Positions 56,272 to 64,000 of a DNA stretch of 64,000 nt are shown here, in pieces. Source of the DNA: Candidatus Eiseniibacteriota bacterium (GTDB lineage: Bacteria > Eisenbacteria > RBG-16-71-46); NCBI GenBank assembly GCA_963744995.1, contig CAVUWA010000002.1, forward strand, positions 288,001 to 352,000. The letters run 5' to 3'. Both the position numbers and the translations under genes were made by a program. The notes beneath the pieces are model-generated. The model was not told where the DNA came from, searched no databases, and saw only the letters and a list, made by a program, of their open reading frames with translations. Position 1 is the first letter of the stretch. Every line of letters starts with the position of its first letter.

Positions 56272-58263
56272 ATGCCGCCTCTCAAGTGCCTTGCCTGCCT
56301 CTCGGCCGTCGTGGCCGCGATCCTCGCCCCTTCCGTCGCTCATGCCGCATGGACACCCGGTGGCGTTCCGCTGGCCCAGGCGAGCTTCTCCTTCGGCCAC
56401 ACCGTCGTCGAGGACACCCAGGGCGGGGTGCTCACCTTCTGGTCGCAACTCTTCGTGTCGCAATCCGATCTGTCCGCTTCGCGCGTGCTCGACGACGGGA
56501 CGCCGTCGGCCGCGTTGCCGCTGGCCGGCGCCGTGGTGGGCAGCCCGACCTTCATCGCCCCGTTCACACTCGCCACGCCGGTCGGCGGGGATCTGTTCGT
56601 GGCGGCCTACAACCCGCTGCTGAACGCTCAGAACCACAGCATGCAGATGTTCCGTCTGCACCCGGACGGGACCCTGGCGGCCGGATGTCCCGACACGGGG
56701 CAACGCGTCGTTAGCGGCTTTCGGCCGATCATTCCCAGGCTCGACGCGGACGGCACCGGTGGCGCGGTGCTGGCCTGGTTCGAGCGGCAGCCGGGCCCGA
56801 TCACGGTGCCGCTGACCTCGGTGAACGACCTGCGCGTGCTGCGGATCGCCGCCGATGGGAGTCCTGCTCCGGGCTGGCCGTTCAACGGTGTGCTGCTCTC
56901 CGCCCCGCTGCCGGGAACGACACCGGTTCTGTACACACTTGCCATCGCGGTCGCGCGCGACGGCGCCGGCGGCATGTTCGTCGCGTGGCAGGACTCGTCG
57001 GACGGAATCGGCGACGTCTACGTGCAGCACGTGGACGGCACGGGGCAGATCGTCCCGGGATGGCCGGTGGCCGGGCGGGCGGTGTGCAGCGTGGCCTCAC
57101 TCAAGTACCAGCTGCAGCTGATCCGCGATGACGCAGGCGGTGTGTACGTCGCATGGAGCGAGCATCGCGGACCCGAGTACGCGGCATATCTCACGCATCT
57201 CACCGCAACGGGAACCGACGCGCCCGGCTGGCCGGCGGCGGGGGCGCAGGTTTCGGGAACGGGCGTGCCCGCGAATCTGGGCCGGCTCGCGCGTGATGCG
57301 AGCGGCGGGGCGATCGTCGGGTACCTCGAGTACCGGAACGGAATGCCGCCCGGTGTGTATGCGAAGCGCTATCTCGCGAACGGCAGCGTGGTAGCGGGCT
57401 GGGAGGGCGGCGCGCCGGTGGTCGAGAATCCGACGGGGGACGATCTCGCCGACATGCTGCCGGACGGTGCGGGCGGGGCGTTCTTCCTCACCGGCGGCGC
57501 GCCGGGCGCATCGACGCGGCACGACGGGCTCACCGCCTTCGCGCTCGATGCAACCGGGGCCCACGCGGCCGGCCTCCCGGCCGCCGGGCTGCCGATCACT
57601 GCGGCCACGGTCACCGAAGCGCAGCTGCTGCCGGCGGAGTCCGGTTCGGCGATCGCGACCTGGCGCGTGGACGCGGTGTATCCGATCGATCTGCGCGGCT
57701 TCAAGTTCTCGATCGATCGGCCGACGCCCGTGCAGGCGTCGCTGGTGAGCGCCACGGCAGAGCCGGGACGCGTGCGGATCGAGTGGCGGCTCACCGAGTC
57801 GGACGTGACCAGCGTCGACATCGAACGCAGAGCCCGCCCCGGCGAATGGACCAGGATCGGCTCGGTGCGCGTCGATGGCGTGGGACGCGCCGTCATCGAG
57901 GACACCGCGGCGCCGCAGGGCGAGGTCGACTACCGCATGGTCGTGCGGACGCCGGGCGGCGAACTGCGACTCGGCGAAGTCGAGGTCACGGTGCCTGCGC
58001 CGTTCACCCTGGCGCTCGGCGTGCAGCCGAATCCCGCACGCCGCGGCCGGCTCGAGCTGAGCTTCACGCTGCCCGAGGCGGCACCGGTGCGGATCGAGGT
58101 GCTCGACGTCTCGGGGCGCCTCGTCGCGCACGAAGTCGAGGCGATGCTTCCGGCCGGGGCGCATCTGCGCAGTGTCGGCGCCGCTCTCGCGCCCGGCGTC
58201 TACATGGTGCGGCTGGTGCAGGGCGGGCGGTCGATCGTGCAGCGGGCGGTGGTGATGGAGTGA
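56272..58263 (+). CDS. Secreted repeat protein (DGxGG..AW / PGWP repeats) with C-terminal T9SS-like domain
   Basis: Signal peptide ending AHA, about 7 repeats, PTPVQASLV linker, VQPNPA...VLDVSGRLV...APGVYMV. Confidence 0.8.
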   Translation: MPPLKCLACLSAVVAAILAPSVAHAAWTPGGVPLAQASFSFGHTVVEDTQGGVLTFWSQLFVSQSDLSASRVLDDGTPSAALPLAGAVVGSPTFIAPFTLATPVGGDLFVAAYNPLLNAQNHSMQMFRLHPDGTLAAGCPDTGQRVVSGFRPIIPRLDADGTGGAVLAWFERQPGPITVPLTSVNDLRVLRIAADGSPAPGWPFNGVLLSAPLPGTTPVLYTLAIAVARDGAGGMFVAWQDSSDGIGDVYVQHVDGTGQIVPGWPVAGRAVCSVASLKYQLQLIRDDAGGVYVAWSEHRGPEYAAYLTHLTATGTDAPGWPAAGAQVSGTGVPANLGRLARDASGGAIVGYLEYRNGMPPGVYAKRYLANGSVVAGWEGGAPVVENPTGDDLADMLPDGAGGAFFLTGGAPGASTRHDGLTAFALDATGAHAAGLPAAGLPITAATVTEAQLLPAESGSAIATWRVDAVYPIDLRGFKFSIDRPTPVQASLVSATAEPGRVRIEWRLTESDVTSVDIERRARPGEWTRIGSVRVDGVGRAVIEDTAAPQGEVDYRMVVRTPGGELRLGEVEVTVPAPFTLALGVQPNPARRGRLELSFTLPEAAPVRIEVLDVSGRLVAHEVEAMLPAGAHLRSVGAALAPGVYMVRLVQGGRSIVQRAVVME

Positions 58264-58361
58264 CGGGGACGGTTCGCGGTGGCGCGGACCCCGAGCCGCG
58301 GGCGGGCGGCCGGCGGGTGCATCCGAACGGCGTGCCGGGTCCTGCGCCTGCGCTTCGCACG

Positions 58362-58745
58362 ATGCTGCCGGCCTTCGTGACGGGCATCGGCATCGTGTAC
58401 GCATCGAGGCTGATCCTGCGGGTGCCCTTCGGACGTCCCTCCGAGTTGCTGCTGCTCTTCGGCCGCGCGACGATCACGTTCCTGACGCCCGGCTACCGCC
58501 TCACGACACCCGTCGTGTCCGCCCTCGTCGGTCCGATGGACCTGCATCCCGTCATGTGGCACGTCGCGCTCCTGAGTGCGGTGGCGAACGGGATCGCCTA
58601 TGTCCTCGTGTGGTGGATCGTCGGCCTCAGCGGCTCGGGACACCGGTGGCTGCTCGTCCCGGTCGGGCTGGCGATCCTCGCCTGGGCCGCGTGGAACTTC
58701 GGTCCGCCGATCTTCTGGCTGGCGCTGGAGGGGGCCGGGAGCTGA
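58362..58745 (+). CDS. Small integral membrane hypothetical protein
   Basis: Three to four hydrophobic segments; start uncertain (GTG at 58260 possible). Confidence 0.55.
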   Translation: MLPAFVTGIGIVYASRLILRVPFGRPSELLLLFGRATITFLTPGYRLTTPVVSALVGPMDLHPVMWHVALLSAVANGIAYVLVWWIVGLSGSGHRWLLVPVGLAILAWAAWNFGPPIFWLALEGAGS

Positions 58746-58837
58746 GCCCGTGCGACGCTCTGCATCAGGGGTCCGAACTGGCAACGCCGCCCTCACCCTG
58801 CTAATTTCCGGGGTTCAACCTCTTCCGGAGTGCGCAT

Positions 58838-61221
<2,384 letters not shown>

Positions 61222-61225
<4 letters not shown>

Positions 61226-61938
61226 GCGCGCCGCCCGTGGTCGCCCGCACCCGGATCTCGTTCACGGTGAACGGCCGCCGCCACACGGTCGAGACGCACG
61301 CGATGAAGCGGCTGCTCGACGTGCTGCGCGAAGAATGCGGCCTCACCGGCACCAAGGAGGGCTGCGGCGAGGGCGAGTGCGGGGCATGTACCGTGCTCAT
61401 GAACGGCGTCAGCGTGAATTCCTGTCTCGTCCCCGCGATTCAGGCCGAGGGCGCCGGGCTCGTCACCGTAGAAGGCCTCGCCCGCGGGAAAGCGCTGTCG
61501 GCGCTGCAGAGCGCATTCGTGGACATGGGTGGTGCGCAGTGCGGCATCTGCACGCCCGGCATGCTGCTCTCCGCCCACGAGCTGATCGAGCGCAGCGCCG
61601 GCCGCGTCCCCGGCGATCAGGAGGTGCGCGACGCGCTCGCCGGCAACCTGTGCCGCTGCACCGGGTACCAGAAGATCGTGGATGCCGTGCGCGCCGCGGC
61701 GCGCGCCGCTTCCGCGGCGAAGCGCCGCGCGCCGAAGCGCCGGGCGCCCGGCCGCGGGGCGCCGGAGCGCAAGGACGCCCCCGGGCCGAAACGCGCTCCG
61801 CGCCGCAAGCGCGCGCCGGGCAGGAAGAAGAAAGCCGCGCCGAAGAAGGCCGCCACGCGGAAGAAAGGCTCCGCGCGCGCGCGGAAAGCGACCGGCGCGC
61901 GCGGGGCACGGCGCGTGCAGGCGAGGCGGCACCGGTGA
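61222..61938 (+). CDS. Xanthine dehydrogenase [2Fe-2S] subunit with long Lys/Arg-rich C-terminal tail
   Basis: GTKEGCGEGECGACTV..NSC, QCGICTPG, GNLCRCTGY, followed by about 70 aa of basic tail. Confidence 0.92.
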
Positions 61939-62813
61939 GAACCGCGGTTTCCACGCTCGAGGTGCTGCGCCCGCGCACGCTGGACGAGGCGCTCGAGATG
62001 CTGCATGAATCGATCGCCACCGAACGCGCGATCCCGCTCGCCGGCGGCACCGACCTGTTCGTGTACCTCAACGCCGGAACGCAAGCCGGGCGGCGCTTTC
62101 TCGACCTGTCCAGGGTGCGCGAGCTCACCGGAATCCGCGAGGGCGATGACGGACTGCGTGTCGGTGCGCTCGCGACGTTCACGGAGATCCGCACGCATCC
62201 GCTGGTGCGCCGCCGCCTGCCGATGCTCGCCGCCGCGGCGGCGGTGGTCGGAGCGCTGCAGATCCAGAATCGAGCGACCCTCGCCGGCAACATCGCCAAC
62301 GCCTCGCCGGCAGGGGACTCGCTGCCGGTGCTGCTCGCGCACGACGCCGTGGTGCGGGCGCGCTCGGTGCGCGGCACGCGCCTCGTGCGCTTCGAGAATC
62401 TGTTTCGCGGCTATCGCGACCTCGATTTGGAACCCGACGAGTTGATCGCGGACGTGATCGTGCTGTTCCCGCCGCCACGCACCGCGACGCTGTTCCGCAA
62501 GGTCGGCACGCGGCGGGCGCAGAGCATCTCGAAGGTGGTCTTCGCCGGGGCGCTGCACGTCGACGCCGGCGGCGCCGCCGATCACGTGCGGCTTGCGTTC
62601 GGCAGCGTGGCGCCGACGCCGGTGCGCGCCTACGAAGCCGAGCAGGTGCTGCTCGGCCGCCAGCCGTCGTCGTCGGCCGCCCAGGCGGCGCTCGAGGCGC
62701 TCGGTCACGACATCGCGCCGATCGACGACATCCGCTCGGACCGTGAATACCGCATGGCGATCGCCGCCAACGTGCTCGCGCAGTTCCTGCGCCACGCGGG
62801 CTACGCGCTGTAG
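61935..62813 (+). CDS. Xanthine dehydrogenase FAD-binding subunit
   Basis: LAGGTDL, QIQNRATLAGNIANASPAGD, KVGTRRAQSIS, PIDDIRSDREYR. Confidence 0.92.
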   Translation: MRTAVSTLEVLRPRTLDEALEMLHESIATERAIPLAGGTDLFVYLNAGTQAGRRFLDLSRVRELTGIREGDDGLRVGALATFTEIRTHPLVRRRLPMLAAAAAVVGALQIQNRATLAGNIANASPAGDSLPVLLAHDAVVRARSVRGTRLVRFENLFRGYRDLDLEPDELIADVIVLFPPPRTATLFRKVGTRRAQSISKVVFAGALHVDAGGAADHVRLAFGSVAPTPVRAYEAEQVLLGRQPSSSAAQAALEALGHDIAPIDDIRSDREYRMAIAANVLAQFLRHAGYAL

Positions 62814-63127
62814 CCGGCGCGTCGCCGGGATGGACGCGGGGCGCAGCGGGCGTCCGCGCCGGCGCCTCACGCCGGCCGCAGCCAGCTGCGGCGCAGGGGC
62901 GCTCTCGCCCACATCTGCTTGGAGGAGAACGGGTTGCGGGCCCGGGTCCGGCGTCCCGCAGCGGCCGTCGCGGGGAGTTCCGCGGCCCCCGCGCGGGCTT
63001 CATTCCCGCTGATCTCCTGCCGATAACCCCTGAGTCGCCCGGCGGTGGACCGACACGCACGGTCCGGCGCCCAGTCCTGGCCATCATGCGTCCATGCGCC
63101 GGCAGCCCGTTCCGGCAGGAGATTCCA

Positions 63128-63598
63128 TTGCTACCCGAACCGACGTCGCCCCCGCCGCCGATTCGTGACCTCATGCACGCCCTCGAGCTGCTCTCGGAAC
63201 GGGTCGCCCTCCCGGGGCCGGTCGGACTCGAACCGGTGGACGTGCTGAACCTGCGCCATCTGCTCGACGATCTCGAAAGGCACATTCCGGGCCTCGAGCC
63301 GCCCCCCGATCCGGCCGCCGCGCACGCGCTCGGACGCGCCGCCGAGGTGGCCATGCGCCGCGGCGACGAACGCGAGGCGCTGGCTCGTGCGCTGCGCGGG
63401 CTGTCGTTCAGCCCGCATCATCCGGGCTTGTTCTACCTCGCGGCGTCCGCGTGCTTCGAGATCGGCGCGCTCGAGGGGGCGATGCGGCTGCTCTACCACA
63501 CGTTGTGGATCCACCCGGGACACCCCTCCGCCCGCGCGGATCTCGAGGCGCTCACGACGTTTCTCGGCGAGCAGGATCTGGAGGATCGCGCTGCGTGA
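63128..63598 (+). CDS. TPR-containing hypothetical protein
   Basis: AGGAGA SD before TTG; helical TPR-like A..ALRGLSFSP.HP..FYLAA..CF..G....A. Alternative ATG at 63086. Confidence 0.7.
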   Translation: MLPEPTSPPPPIRDLMHALELLSERVALPGPVGLEPVDVLNLRHLLDDLERHIPGLEPPPDPAAAHALGRAAEVAMRRGDEREALARALRGLSFSPHHPGLFYLAASACFEIGALEGAMRLLYHTLWIHPGHPSARADLEALTTFLGEQDLEDRAA

Positions 63599-64000
63599 AG
63601 GTCCTGATGCTCGTGGATGCGCTGCACGCGTCCGCGATGCAGGAGTCCGCGCGCTGGCTGCATGACGTGGCTTCGCGCCGCGCGGCCGCGGGGCACGATA
63701 TCCTGATGATCGAAGTCGGCGGGGCGGGCATCGCACCCGCGCCGCCCGACGAGGATCCTCCCGGGGTACGCGTGCTGCGGCCGGCCATCGACGCGTTCGA
63801 AGCCGCCTTTGGCGAAGCGCTGGACGAGGAGCCCGACGTCGTGCACGTGGCGACGGCCGGGCCGCTCGGCGCGCGTGTGGTCGAGATCCTGCGCGAGCTG
63901 CCGGTGCTGGTCGATGTGCACGACTTCTGGCCGATCTGTCCACGCAGCGACCTGCTGCGCTCGCCGCGGCTGCGGTCGTGTGGCGAACACTTTCCCTATG
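63595..64000 (+). CDS. Glycosyltransferase family 4 protein, 3'-truncated by window edge
   Basis: GTG overlaps the TPR gene stop: MKVLMLV...GHDI...PDVVHV...VHDFWPICPR. Open to the window end and absent from the ORF track. Confidence 0.75.
   Translation, partial: MKVLMLVDALHASAMQESARWLHDVASRRAAAGHDILMIEVGGAGIAPAPPDEDPPGVRVLRPAIDAFEAAFGEALDEEPDVVHVATAGPLGARVVEILRELPVLVDVHDFWPICPRSDLLRSPRLRSCGEHFPY

Overview
High-GC bacterial DNA with about 46 genes. I found no rRNA, tRNA, CRISPR array or mobile element. The abundant T9SS/FlgD-like C-terminal domains, the PorV-family gene and the C-terminal 'TWGRIK' motif suggest an FCB-affiliated candidate phylum such as Ca. Eisenbacteria or Krumholzibacteriota (inference). 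Three themes dominate. (1) A dispersed purine-catabolic pathway: xanthine dehydrogenase, UraH, UraD, allantoinase, an allantoate amidohydrolase-like M20 enzyme and ureidoglycine aminohydrolase. No uricase and no canonical ureidoglycolate enzyme is visible. An FMN alpha-hydroxy-acid oxidase and a CitE/HpcH-like TIM barrel sit where the missing late steps would be expected. (2) A ~26 kb LacI-associated beta-glucan (probably beta-1,2-glucan) utilisation locus at 25.7-51.9 kb. It has no SusD. Instead it has a TonB-dependent receptor, a large secreted Fn3/CTD partner and a PorV-family barrel. It also encodes two GH144-like enzymes, a stand-alone Cgs-type GH94, a sugar ABC transporter, an uncharacterised discoidin/(alpha/alpha)6 protein and a GH1. 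(3) Seven secreted proteins share a C-terminal sorting-like domain, including two lamin-tail-domain nuclease-like proteins. Two genes appear frameshifted (AAC(6')-like GNAT and an SDR). All product calls come from motif recognition by eye; no database searches were run.
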